A stretch of 64,000 nt of DNA, taken from an uncultured Bacteroidales bacterium (lineage in GTDB: Bacteria; Bacteroidota; Bacteroidia; Bacteroidales; Bacteroidaceae). The stretch is from assembly GCA_947303715.1 (NCBI GenBank), contig CAMYYY010000005.1, forward strand, positions 15,124 to 79,123, in the 5' to 3' direction. The notes beneath the pieces were generated by a model, which saw only the letters and a program-made list of their open reading frames with translations, was not told the origin of the DNA and did no database searches. A program made the position numbers and the translations under genes. Positions 53,877 to 62,724 of this stretch are shown piece by piece; within the stretch, counting starts at the first letter, position 1; the number at the start of each line of letters is the position of its first letter.

Positions 53877-53998
53877 AACGCACCACCCTCTCCCTCGTTC
53901 CCCCTCTTTGGGTGACGGGGGGGAGGTCTTTTTTTTCACACCCTCGGCTGAGGACGCCCCCCTCCTCACGGCCAAACTTGCGCTGGAACTAGGGCGAC

Positions 53999-54820
53999 AT
54001 GTACCGCAACGCCTGGGACAACGCTTCGTACTCGCAGGACTACATGAGCGACTCCACCTTCAGCGGACGCGTGAACCTCTTCCTCAACATCCTCGCCACG
54101 GGTACACCTGAGCAGGTGATGAAATTCTACGACAATCCCGAGAACGGACTGATTTCGCGCATCAGCATCTGCCCGATTGCCAATCAGGAATACGCCAGCA
54201 TACCCGTGTGGAGCGAGCTGACCGACGACGAACAGCGGGAGTTCAACAACGTGATGGACTATGCCGACGCCCTGACCTACACGACCGACGACGAAGGGGT
54301 GGAGAGCATCAAGCCACGCACGGACATCACCGACGGGATGCTCTTCATCCACCATCCGCTGGAGGCGTGGCTCGAAGAGAAACGCCTGCTGGCGCTGCGT
54401 ACCCAGGACCAGGCACTCGACCACTTCCGCAAACGCGAGGCCGTGAAGATGTTCCGTATGGCCATGGTATGTTACGGCTGTTTCAGCGGCAATCTGACCG
54501 ATGCAAACCGTCAGGACATCACCGACTTCTGCCTGTGGTGGGGCGAGCAGGACCTGAAGAACCTCACCGACCTATACGGAGAAATGGTTAAGGACACCAT
54601 GCAACGGAGCTACTCGAAAAAAGATGACATCTTTGCACGGCTGTCCGACACCTTCACGGCTGCCGACGTGGAAAAAGCCCGCACAGAGGCTCACATAGCC
54701 ACACCCACAAAGGTGATTGTCTATCGATGGAAAAAGGCGGGACTGATTGCGAAGGACGAGGAAAACAACCTGTACCGCAAACTCGCCGACAGTAACACGG
54801 TAACACCGGTAACACGGTAA
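53999..54820 (+). pseudogene. 5'-truncated DUF3987 (primase-associated helicase-like) gene, C-terminal half only
   Basis: 273 aa. LNILATGTPEQVMKFYDNPENGLISRISICPI and the C-terminal ...IFARLSDTFTAADVEKA...VIVYRWKKAGLI resemble the distal half of Bacteroidales DUF3987 proteins. No Walker-A region is present, and a TAG closes the frame at 53990. Confidence 0.5.
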
Positions 54821-54832
54821 CAAGGTAACAAG
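54791..54832 (+). repeat. (GGTAACAC)n array 5
   Basis: AGTAACAC GGTAACACC GGTAACAC GGTAACAA GGTAACAAG. It encodes the last residues (NTVTPVTR) and the stop of the truncated gene. Confidence 0.85.
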
Positions 54833-54840
54833 AAAGAGTG

Positions 54841-54875
54841 GCGGACATGCACATCGTGTCCGCCCTTTCCTTTAT
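54841..54875 (+). terminator. Hairpin terminator candidate
   Basis: GCGGACA-tgcacatcg-TGTCCGC followed by CCTTTCCTTTAT. Confidence 0.45.
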
Positions 54876-54879
54876 ATAA

Positions 54880-55085
54880 ATGCTCAAATAAATTGGACAT
54901 TTCTCTCGCCTTGACCTTCGGTCTAAAATGCTCACGCTCGGCAAAAGAAAAATTTATTTTCTTTTTGCCCTCGCTTAATTGCATTTTTGCACTATCTTTA
55001 ATCCCCCTTCGGGGGCTTTTAGATAGGGGTCGCCTCGGATAATTGCAAATAAATTTGCATTATCGCTCGGCTCACCCTATCTTTG
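54880..55085 (+). repeat. Promoter-cassette repeats (about two units, first degenerate) ending in a promoter
   Basis: ...TGCACTATCTTTAATCCCCCTTCGGGGGCTTTTAGATAGGGGTCGCCTCGGATAATTGCAAATAAATTTGCATTATCGCTCGGCTCACCCTATCTTTG. The -33 is at 55054-55057 and the -7 at 55078-55085. Confidence 0.85.
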
Positions 55086-55089
55086 TGGC

Positions 55090-55941
55090 ATGATGAAGAA
55101 CACGTGGCATAATCTGGCTTCTACCCTCGGCAGGAAATATCCGCTGCCTGCGGAGGGACGTGTGGCGAGGGACTGCCTGCTGTACTTCGCCCTCGTATTC
55201 CTGATCCTGCTCCTGCTCCAGCCCTTCGGCATTAGCGTCTATAAGGGGAGCAAGTTTATGGTGGCGTTGCTCTTCGGGGCGATGACGTTCGTGTGCAGCT
55301 TTGTCGTCAAGCGGTTCATCGTCGCCCCCTTGCAGAAGCGTGTGCCGACATGGCGCATCTGGCATCAGCTGACGGCGGTCGTCGCGATGGTGCTGATTAT
55401 CGGGCTCGGCAATTATTTCCTCTATACCGTCCTGTTCCACACTCCGATAGACGTGGGGGGCTGTCTGGCGGTACTGTCGTGGACGTTTATAATCGGCGTG
55501 ATCATCACCATCCTCTCTACCATGACGTCCTACCAGCGCCACATGCATGGGCAGCTGCACGACCTGCTCGACAAGACGACTCACGAGCAGGAGGGCACGA
55601 CCGTCGTCCTCCACGACAACCGCGTCAGGGGGAACGACCTCGGCCTTCTCCTGAACGACTTGCTGTACGTCGAGGCGCAGAAGAACAACGTGGCCGTGTT
55701 CTACGTCGAGGGAGGACGTTTGGAGAGGAGGGAGATACAGAGCACGCTCTCGGCCGTGTTGGACGAGCTGAGCGACTACCCCAACATCTTCCAATGCCAT
55801 CGCTCCTTCGTGGTGAACCTGAACAGCATCACCTCGGCGAAAGGGAACTCCAACGGCTACACGCTGGAGCTGGGGGGGGGGCTTGCGACGGTACAGGTGT
55901 CGCGTTCGTTTGTGTCCAAACTGAAGTCTTTTATCTCCTGA
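55090..55941 (+). CDS. Membrane-anchored LytTR-domain DNA-binding protein
   Basis: 283 aa with 4 TM helices followed by LLYVEAQKNNVAVFYVEGG...IFQCHRSFVVNLNSI. The ATG lies 4 nt after the -7 box. Confidence 0.8.
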   Translation: MMKNTWHNLASTLGRKYPLPAEGRVARDCLLYFALVFLILLLLQPFGISVYKGSKFMVALLFGAMTFVCSFVVKRFIVAPLQKRVPTWRIWHQLTAVVAMVLIIGLGNYFLYTVLFHTPIDVGGCLAVLSWTFIIGVIITILSTMTSYQRHMHGQLHDLLDKTTHEQEGTTVVLHDNRVRGNDLGLLLNDLLYVEAQKNNVAVFYVEGGRLERREIQSTLSAVLDELSDYPNIFQCHRSFVVNLNSITSAKGNSNGYTLELGGGLATVQVSRSFVSKLKSFIS

Positions 55942-56073
55942 GGAGGAGGGGGCGGTTAGTTTTTCGTCCGCCGACGTTAGCCATCCGTCCCTGGCGTTTG
56001 GAGGGACGGTTTTCAGGCGTTATCTTTGTGGGCGAAATCAAAATCATTTACTAACCACTAATAAAAAAATGTC

Positions 56074-56652
56074 ATGAAACGTATTTTCATTACCCTTCTG
56101 GTGGCGCTATCGACAGTCGGCCTGTCGAACGCCCAGACAACACAAAAAGTCAGCTATGGCGATCTCAAAGGTAGTTATAACCCTAAGGAGTATGTCCGTC
56201 AGGCGACCGACCCGTACAACGTGGGCTGGTACGGGGTATCGTCGTTCTTCCTTCCCGGCATAGGGCAGCTGCTGTCGGGCGAGACGTGGCGCGGACTGGC
56301 GTTCATGGGCGGAGAGGCGGTATTGCTCTCCATCGTGAAAAGCGCAGCCGACAACCTAGAGAGCCTTGCCATCACCAACGAAAAGGGGATTCTCACCGGT
56401 TTTACCGACGAGGCGGCAGGAAGGAAGAACATGATTGTCCTGCTCAGCGCCCTCGGAGCGGACCTGGGGCTTTCCATCTGGTCGTGCATCGATGCAAAGA
56501 GGGTGGTCAAGGTGAAGAACATGTATTACCAGGAGCTTCTGGGCCGCAAGGGCTCGGTGGAGATGAGCTTCACCCCGACGTTTTCCGCCTCGCCCACTCC
56601 GTCAGGTCCTCTTTCGCCCACAGCCGGCGTAGCGATAGGACTGCGGTTCTGA
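56074..56652 (+). CDS. Hypothetical exported/membrane protein
   Basis: 192 aa with signal peptide MKRIFITLLVALSTVGLSNA and a hydrophobic segment FLPGIGQLLSGETWRGLAFMGGEAVLL. Confidence 0.5.
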   Translation: MKRIFITLLVALSTVGLSNAQTTQKVSYGDLKGSYNPKEYVRQATDPYNVGWYGVSSFFLPGIGQLLSGETWRGLAFMGGEAVLLSIVKSAADNLESLAITNEKGILTGFTDEAAGRKNMIVLLSALGADLGLSIWSCIDAKRVVKVKNMYYQELLGRKGSVEMSFTPTFSASPTPSGPLSPTAGVAIGLRF

Positions 56653-56669
56653 CCCGCCGGTAGCCTTCC

Positions 56670-56755
56670 CCGGCCCCTCCGAAAGGAGGGGTGACTTTCA
56701 GTCCTTCCCTTCAGAGGAGGATTGTGAAGAGGCTAGGTATCTGCCTTAGCCTCTC
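56670..56755. repeat. GC-rich multi-hairpin element related to 46788-46875
   Basis: CCCCTCC-gaaa-GGAGGGG, TCCTTCCCTTCAGAGGAGGA and AGAGGCTAGG...CCTTAGCCTCT. The first hairpin may act as a terminator. Confidence 0.6.
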
Positions 56756-56818
56756 CGTTTTCGTTGCGTTCCGCTACCGTGGTGACGCGGGCCTGCTGGA
56801 ACAGCAGGGCGGCGTAGG

Positions 56819-56923
56819 GCTCGGCTCACCCTATCTTTAATCCCCCTTCGGGGCTTTTAGATAGGGGTCGCCTCGGAAAAATCCAAATAAATTTGGTTTT
56901 TCGCTCGGCTCACCCTATCTTTG
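56819..56923 (+). repeat. Promoter-cassette repeat ending in a promoter
   Basis: GCTCGGCTCACCCTATCTTTAATCCCCCTTCGGGGCTTTTAGATAGGGGTCGCCTCGGAAAAATCCAAATAAATTTGGTTTTTCGCTCGGCTCACCCTATCTTTG. The -33 is at 56892-56895 and the -7 at 56916-56923. Confidence 0.85.
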
Positions 56924-56953
56924 CAACATGGAAAACTTTAACACCCAAATGTC

Positions 56954-58972
56954 ATGAAAAAGAACTCATTTTTGTTACTCGCTTTCGCAGCTGTGCTGCC
57001 CGTCATCGTGGCCTGCCAAGGCAACGCCGGCTCGTCGTCCCCAGCCGCCGGAAAAACGGGCAAGACCTTCGTCACCCCCGCCGACGACTACACCACACCC
57101 TTCGATGCCCCGGCCTTCGGCAAGGCTGCCGAGGGGGGCGTCTATCTCGAACCCCTCTGCTGGTGGGTGGGCATGAAACAGCCCCTACAGCTGATGGCGC
57201 ACGCCGACGGCATCGGCGACTGTGACGTCCGCATCGAGGGCGTCAGGGGCGTCAAGGTGAAGACCGTCCACAAGGCGGACAGCCCGAACTACCTCTTCGT
57301 TGACGTGGACATCGCTGCCTCGGCCAAGGCCGGCACGGCGGAGGTCGTCTTCAGCCGGGACGGCAAGGAGGTGGCACGCCAGCCCTATCCCCTCTATGCG
57401 CGTGCCCAGGGCTCGGCCGACCGCGTGGGCTTCACCACAGCCGATATGATCTACCTCATCATGCCCGACCGCTTCGCCAACGGCGACCCCTCGAACGACT
57501 CGTCGCCCCTCTGCCCCGAAGGCCCCAACCGCTCGAACTCGTTCGGCCGTCACGGCGGCGACCTGCAGGGCATCATCAACCACCTCGACTACCTGGAGCA
57601 GCTGGGCGTCACCGCCATCTGGTGCACCCCCCTGACGCTCGACAACGAGCGCCGCGCCTCGTTCCACGGCTATGCCGCCTCGGACTACGTACACATCGAC
57701 CCGCGCTACGGCTCGAACGCCCTCTTCAAGAGCTATGTCGCCGCCTGCCATCAGCACGGCATCAAGGTCGTCACCGACTTCGTGCCCAACCACTGCGGCG
57801 CTCAGCACTGGTGGATGCGCGACCTCCCCTTCACCGACTGGGTACACCAGTTCCCCAACTACACGCGCAGCCTCTTCAACTTCGCCCCCAACATGGACGT
57901 CAACGGCTCGAAAAAAGACCTCTACTACCAGGAGAGCGGATGGTTCGCCCCCTCGATGCCCGACATGAACCTCGACAATCCCTTCGTGCTGCGCTACTTC
58001 CAGCAGGTGGCCATCTGGTGGGTTGAGTGGAGCGGCCTCGACGGCATACGCATCGACACCTATCCCTACAACGAGAAGGTGCCGGCCTCGCTGCTCTGCA
58101 AGGCCGTGATGGACGAGTTCCCCTACCTGAACATCGTGGGCGAGTGCTGGACGCAGAGCGTGCCCCAGCTGGCTTACTGGCAGGGCGGCAACCCCAACAG
58201 CGACGGCTTCGACAGCCACCTGCCCTCCATCATGGACTTCCCGCTGCGCGACGCCATCGTGAACGGCATCCCCGCCCGGCGCGGAGGCGGCATGAACCGC
58301 ATCTTCGAGGCTCTCTCGCACGACTTCGCCTATCACGACCTCTCGCACATGATGATCTTCGCCGCCAACCACGACACCGAGCGCATCGGCAGCATCGTGG
58401 GGGCCGACATACGCCGCATGAAGATGATCACCGCCCTGCTGGCTACCCTGCGCGGCATTCCCCAGACCTATTACGGCGACGAGCAGATGTTCCTCTCGAC
58501 CAACGACTCGGGCGACAGTGCATGGCGCTGCGAGTTCCCCGGCGGCTGGGAGGGCGACAGCATAAACCTCTTCACCGCCGAGGGACGCTCGGCCGAGCAG
58601 AACGAGCTCTTCGACTACAACCGCCGCCTCTGGCAGTGGCGCAAGAGCGCCGAGGTCATCCACCGCGGACGCACCCTCCACTTCATCCCCCGCGACAACG
58701 CCTACGGCTACTTCCGCTACCTCACCGCCGGCGACGACAACGCCCCCGACGCCCGCGTCAGCAAGGCCGTCTTCGTCTTCATCAACAACAGCGACACCGA
58801 CCGTCAGCTGCCGTGGAGCTACTACGACGAGTTCACCCCGCGCCTCGCTCCCCTCGCCGGCGACAATCCCGCCGCCGCAGCTAAGGGCACCGACGTCCTC
58901 ACCGGTCAGACCGTCACCCTCTCCGACGCCACCGTCGTCCCCGCCGGCGGCACGCTGGTCGTAGAGTTCTGA
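56954..58972 (+). CDS. Glycoside hydrolase family 13 (cyclomaltodextrinase/neopullulanase-like alpha-amylase) lipoprotein
   Basis: 672 aa with lipobox VIVAC. It has DRFANGDPSND, GGDLQGIINHLDYLEQLGVTAIWCTP, DGIRIDTYPY, VGECW and FAANHD (the four conserved GH13 regions). Confidence 0.93.
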   Translation: MKKNSFLLLAFAAVLPVIVACQGNAGSSSPAAGKTGKTFVTPADDYTTPFDAPAFGKAAEGGVYLEPLCWWVGMKQPLQLMAHADGIGDCDVRIEGVRGVKVKTVHKADSPNYLFVDVDIAASAKAGTAEVVFSRDGKEVARQPYPLYARAQGSADRVGFTTADMIYLIMPDRFANGDPSNDSSPLCPEGPNRSNSFGRHGGDLQGIINHLDYLEQLGVTAIWCTPLTLDNERRASFHGYAASDYVHIDPRYGSNALFKSYVAACHQHGIKVVTDFVPNHCGAQHWWMRDLPFTDWVHQFPNYTRSLFNFAPNMDVNGSKKDLYYQESGWFAPSMPDMNLDNPFVLRYFQQVAIWWVEWSGLDGIRIDTYPYNEKVPASLLCKAVMDEFPYLNIVGECWTQSVPQLAYWQGGNPNSDGFDSHLPSIMDFPLRDAIVNGIPARRGGGMNRIFEALSHDFAYHDLSHMMIFAANHDTERIGSIVGADIRRMKMITALLATLRGIPQTYYGDEQMFLSTNDSGDSAWRCEFPGGWEGDSINLFTAEGRSAEQNELFDYNRRLWQWRKSAEVIHRGRTLHFIPRDNAYGYFRYLTAGDDNAPDARVSKAVFVFINNSDTDRQLPWSYYDEFTPRLAPLAGDNPAAAAKGTDVLTGQTVTLSDATVVPAGGTLVVEF

Positions 58973-59028
58973 GAAATCCCAAGACGTAAAAATGGGCGTT
59001 AAAATGGGCGTAAAATAATAGAGTATCC

Positions 59029-62000
59029 ATGAAAAAGAAATCCCTTCTCCTGATTCTTCTTTGCGTGGTGGCAGGGACGGCGGCACTCATCCTTGCCACG
59101 CGGGTACAGACGGTGACGCTCAGCAAGGACGTCCTGCTGGACAAAATCAAAGGCGGCTGGGCGGGACAGACCATCGGCTGCGCCTACGGCGGCCCCACGG
59201 AGTTCGGCTATCGCGGCGTGATGATTCCCGACGAGACGCCCATCGTCTATCCCGAACATCACCTGCAGTACTTCTTCGACCATGCACCAGGCCTCTACGA
59301 CGACATCTACATGGACCTCACGTTCGTGAGCGTCCTCGCCCGTCTTGGCCTCGACGCCCCCATCGATTCCATTGCCGCAGCCTACGCCTACGCTCCCTAT
59401 CCGCTGTGGCATGCCAATCAGGCCGCCCGCTACAACATCCAGCACGGCATCCTGCCGCCCGCCTCGGGACACTGGCTCAACAACCCCCATGCGGACTGCA
59501 TCGACTATCAGATTGAGGCCGACTATGCCGGACTGCTCTCGCCCGCCATGCCCAATGCGGCCTCGGCACTCAGCGACCGTATAGGTCACATCATGAACTA
59601 CGGCGACGGCTGGTATGGCGGTGTCTTCGTCGGCGCCATGTATGCGCTGGCGTTCACGGAGAGCGATGTCGAGCGCGTCGTCACCCGCGCGCTGACGACC
59701 ATCCCTGCGGAGAGCAAGTTCCACCGCTGCCTGAGCGACGTCATCCGCTGGTACCGTGAGGACCCTGCGGACTGGAAACGCACCTGGCAGCTCTACAACG
59801 ACAAGTGGAGCGAGGACGTGGGCTGCCCCGAGCTGGTGCTTGCCCCGGGCAACATCGACGCTACGATGAACAGCGCCTACGTCGCCATCGGGCTGCTCTT
59901 TGGGCATGGTGACTTCGGCCGCACCATCGACATCGCCACCCGCTGCGGACAGGACTCGGACTGCAACCCCTCGACGGCTGCCGGCGTGCTGGGCACGATG
60001 CTCGGATACAGCCACATCCCCGCCGAATGGATGGCGAACGTCCGCGAGGTGGAGGACCGCCCCTTCGCCTACACCGACATCTCGCTCAATAAGGCTTACG
60101 GCATGACCTACGAGCTTGCCCTGCAGCAGATTGTCCGCAATGGCGGGCGCGTGAAGGAGCATGGCGTGCGCATCCGTGCGCAGCGTCCGCGTGCCGTCCG
60201 CCTCGAACAGAGCTTCCCCGACCTACACCCCGTGCTGGTGGCTGAGAATATCGCCCACGTGGGTACCGCCGAGGCCACCGTGAAATCTGTCACCTTCGAG
60301 GGCAAGGGCATCGCAGTCCATGGTCAGGTGAGCTGTCCCGACAAGAGCTACTCCGCCCAACTGGAGGTCAGCATCGATGGTGTAGTTGACCATGTGGTCG
60401 ACCTTCCTGCCGCCTACTTGCGTCGCTCGGCCGACTGCCTCTATTGGAACTACGACCTTCCCGCAGGTCGCCACACCATCGCCTTCCGCCTCCTCAACCC
60501 CCGTTCTGATGCCGATATCACCGCTTGGAAAATCATCGGCTATGAGCAGGGAAAGGGTCAGGAACAGCTGTCGGATGTGCTGGAGAACGTCAATCTTTTC
60601 ATTGGTACGGCAGACGACTATGGGCAGATGGCACCTGGGGCATGCATGCCCTACAGTCAAATTCAGGTCTCTCCCGACAGCAAGCCGCGCCAACATCCGG
60701 GCTACGACTATGAGGTGGCGCGAATCTCGGGCTTCAGCATTAACCGCCTCTCCGGCGTGGGCGGCAGCGGATGCGGAGGCAATGTGTCTCTAATGCCCGA
60801 CGAGACGGGTGCCGACGTGCGGCTGATGAAGGAGACGGAGCGGGCCGTCCCGGGCTGCTATAGCGTGCAGCTGACGAACGGCGTGACGTTCGCCGCCACG
60901 GCCGACCGCCGCATGGCCGTAGAGCGCTTCACGTTCCCCTCGGCCGATAAAGCGGTGCTTATTCTGAACCCCTCGTCGGCCTTTGATAAGGTACATCAAG
61001 CCTCGTTCCGGCAGACTGGCGAACGCGTGGGACAGGGATACTTCGCTGGCGCCAACACCTGCGGTCGCGGAAGCTACCACTTGCACTATCGTCTCTATTC
61101 ATCGGCACCCTTCGTCATGGAGGAATTGGCTGACGGACTGAAGCGTCTGACGTTCCCCGCTCTTGCCGACAACCTCGTGGAGGTACGCATCGTAGTATCG
61201 ACGGGACTGGCAGAGGAACTGGATGCTCTTACGGATACTGACGTGTGGAGGACGGACTTCACGGCGCTGGCTGACAATGCTCGTCAGGCATGGCAGGAGT
61301 TGTTCTCGACCGTGGAGGTGGAGGGCGGCACAGCCGACCAGCGCATTCTTTTCTACACCTCGCTCTACCGCACCTTCCACAGCCCCTTCCAGGTCACGGA
61401 CGGCGTGATGACGCACTATCTGGGCACGGACGGCCGCACGCACGAGGCACGCACGTTCACCTACTACAGTTCGTGGTCGCTCTGGGACACCTACCGCACG
61501 AAGTTCCCGCTGATTACGCTGCTGGACTCGCAACGCTCGGCCGACATCATGCAGTCCCTCGCCACCCTCTACACGACGGGCAAGAAGGACTGGAGTACCG
61601 ACTACGAGTGCGTGCCGACGGTGCGCACCGAACATGCCGTCGCCACCCTGCTCGACGCTTATCGTCAGGGCATCTCCATCCCCAACCTCCGCGACGCCTA
61701 TCAGGGCATGACGACGGAGGTGAAGGCCCTCCCGCTGAAGAGCCCCGACCAGTGTCTGGAGGCGGCTGGCGACTTCTGGGCGCTGGGGCAGCTGGCCGGC
61801 GAGCTGGGCATGACGGACGAGGCGGCACGCTGGACGCGCCGCGGCGTGGAGGTCTTCGACAGCATCTGGCCGCGTGAGTTCCAGACCATTGACGACTCGT
61901 TCGTGAAGATGCGCGGCAACGGCCTCTATCAGGGCACGCGCTGGCAGTACCGCTGGGGTGCGCCCATGTACCTCAATCGCATGACTGACCTTGTGGGAAA

Positions 62001-62520
62001 GAAGGAACTGGCGCAGGAACTGGTGGCCTTCTTCGAGCAGGAGCTCTACAACCAAGGCAACGAGCCTGACATCCACGTCCCCTTCCTCTTCGGCCGTCTG
62101 GGCATGCCCGCGCAAACGGGACTGACGGTACGCCCCCTCGCCACGGAGGTGGTGACACACCGCTACGGCGGCAACGATGCCTATCCCACGCCGTGGGTGG
62201 GCTGTGCCTTCGCAAACCAGCCCCGCGGCTATGCCCCCGAGATGGACGAGGACGACGGTGCCATGAGTGCCTGGTATGTGTTTGCCAGCATCGGCCTCTA
62301 TCCCTTAGTGGTGGGCGAGGCGCAGTACGAAGTCTTCTCGCCCCTCTTCGACCGTGTGACGCTGCACCTCGGCGGCAAGGAGGTCGTCATCAGCACCAAG
62401 GGACGCAAGGACATCAACCAGCCGCTGAAACGCGTCACCTGGAATGGCCGCCGTCTGCGCAACTTCCGCATCTCCGTCGCCGAACTGAAAAAAGGCGGAA
62501 ATCTGGTAATGAGGTATTAG
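59029..62520 (+). CDS. Secreted fusion: ADP-ribosylglycohydrolase-family domain + beta-sandwich + GH92-like alpha-mannosidase domain
   Basis: 1163 aa with a signal peptide. The N-part has IKGGWAGQTIGCAYGGPTEF...GQDSDCNPSTAAGVLG (ARH fold). The C-part has NLFIGTADDYGQMAPGACMPYSQIQVSPD...FSINRLSGVGGSGCGG...GNEPDIHVPFLF (GH92 signatures). Confidence 0.8.
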   Translation: MKKKSLLLILLCVVAGTAALILATRVQTVTLSKDVLLDKIKGGWAGQTIGCAYGGPTEFGYRGVMIPDETPIVYPEHHLQYFFDHAPGLYDDIYMDLTFVSVLARLGLDAPIDSIAAAYAYAPYPLWHANQAARYNIQHGILPPASGHWLNNPHADCIDYQIEADYAGLLSPAMPNAASALSDRIGHIMNYGDGWYGGVFVGAMYALAFTESDVERVVTRALTTIPAESKFHRCLSDVIRWYREDPADWKRTWQLYNDKWSEDVGCPELVLAPGNIDATMNSAYVAIGLLFGHGDFGRTIDIATRCGQDSDCNPSTAAGVLGTMLGYSHIPAEWMANVREVEDRPFAYTDISLNKAYGMTYELALQQIVRNGGRVKEHGVRIRAQRPRAVRLEQSFPDLHPVLVAENIAHVGTAEATVKSVTFEGKGIAVHGQVSCPDKSYSAQLEVSIDGVVDHVVDLPAAYLRRSADCLYWNYDLPAGRHTIAFRLLNPRSDADITAWKIIGYEQGKGQEQLSDVLENVNLFIGTADDYGQMAPGACMPYSQIQVSPDSKPRQHPGYDYEVARISGFSINRLSGVGGSGCGGNVSLMPDETGADVRLMKETERAVPGCYSVQLTNGVTFAATADRRMAVERFTFPSADKAVLILNPSSAFDKVHQASFRQTGERVGQGYFAGANTCGRGSYHLHYRLYSSAPFVMEELADGLKRLTFPALADNLVEVRIVVSTGLAEELDALTDTDVWRTDFTALADNARQAWQELFSTVEVEGGTADQRILFYTSLYRTFHSPFQVTDGVMTHYLGTDGRTHEARTFTYYSSWSLWDTYRTKFPLITLLDSQRSADIMQSLATLYTTGKKDWSTDYECVPTVRTEHAVATLLDAYRQGISIPNLRDAYQGMTTEVKALPLKSPDQCLEAAGDFWALGQLAGELGMTDEAARWTRRGVEVFDSIWPREFQTIDDSFVKMRGNGLYQGTRWQYRWGAPMYLNRMTDLVGKKELAQELVAFFEQELYNQGNEPDIHVPFLFGRLGMPAQTGLTVRPLATEVVTHRYGGNDAYPTPWVGCAFANQPRGYAPEMDEDDGAMSAWYVFASIGLYPLVVGEAQYEVFSPLFDRVTLHLGGKEVVISTKGRKDINQPLKRVTWNGRRLRNFRISVAELKKGGNLVMRY

Positions 62521-62541
62521 GATTTTCCCCTGTTCGGGTGG

Positions 62542-62724
62542 TCAGTCCTCGAAGTCGTATCTATCCAGCAGTTTGCCACATTTCGAGCAGAAAATCTCGT
62601 GCTTGTGAATGACGTTTCCGCAGTCATTGCAACGATAGGTCTGCTCTTCCTTTCTTTCTTGGGTCTCTTGGCTTTCTTGGCTTTTTGTGTCTTTGGTATC
62701 CATATTTCTGATGTATTTTACCAT
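62542..62724 (-). CDS. Small zinc-ribbon protein
   Basis: 60 aa with CNDCGNVIHKHEIFCSKCG. The start overlaps the upstream stop (ATGGTAA), which suggests translational coupling. Confidence 0.45.
   Translation of the reverse strand: MVKYIRNMDTKDTKSQESQETQERKEEQTYRCNDCGNVIHKHEIFCSKCGKLLDRYDFED

Noticed and set aside
53908-54111. 67-aa TTG-start ORF upstream of and overlapping the truncated DUF3987 ORF, as a possible missing N-terminus joined by a frameshift.
   Set aside because: Its translation (MGDGGEVFFFTPSAEDAPLLTAKLALELGRH...) shows no resemblance to the Walker-A half of DUF3987 proteins that I can recognise. It is too short to account for the missing 200 or more residues.
46200-54900. Interpreting the accessory segment as an integrative mobile element (ICE, prophage or transposon).
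   Set aside because: No integrase, transposase, relaxase, capsid or terminase gene is visible, and there is no tRNA target. Only repeats and a truncated DUF3987 gene are present. Mobility is therefore left as a hypothesis under the repeat findings, not called as a feature.
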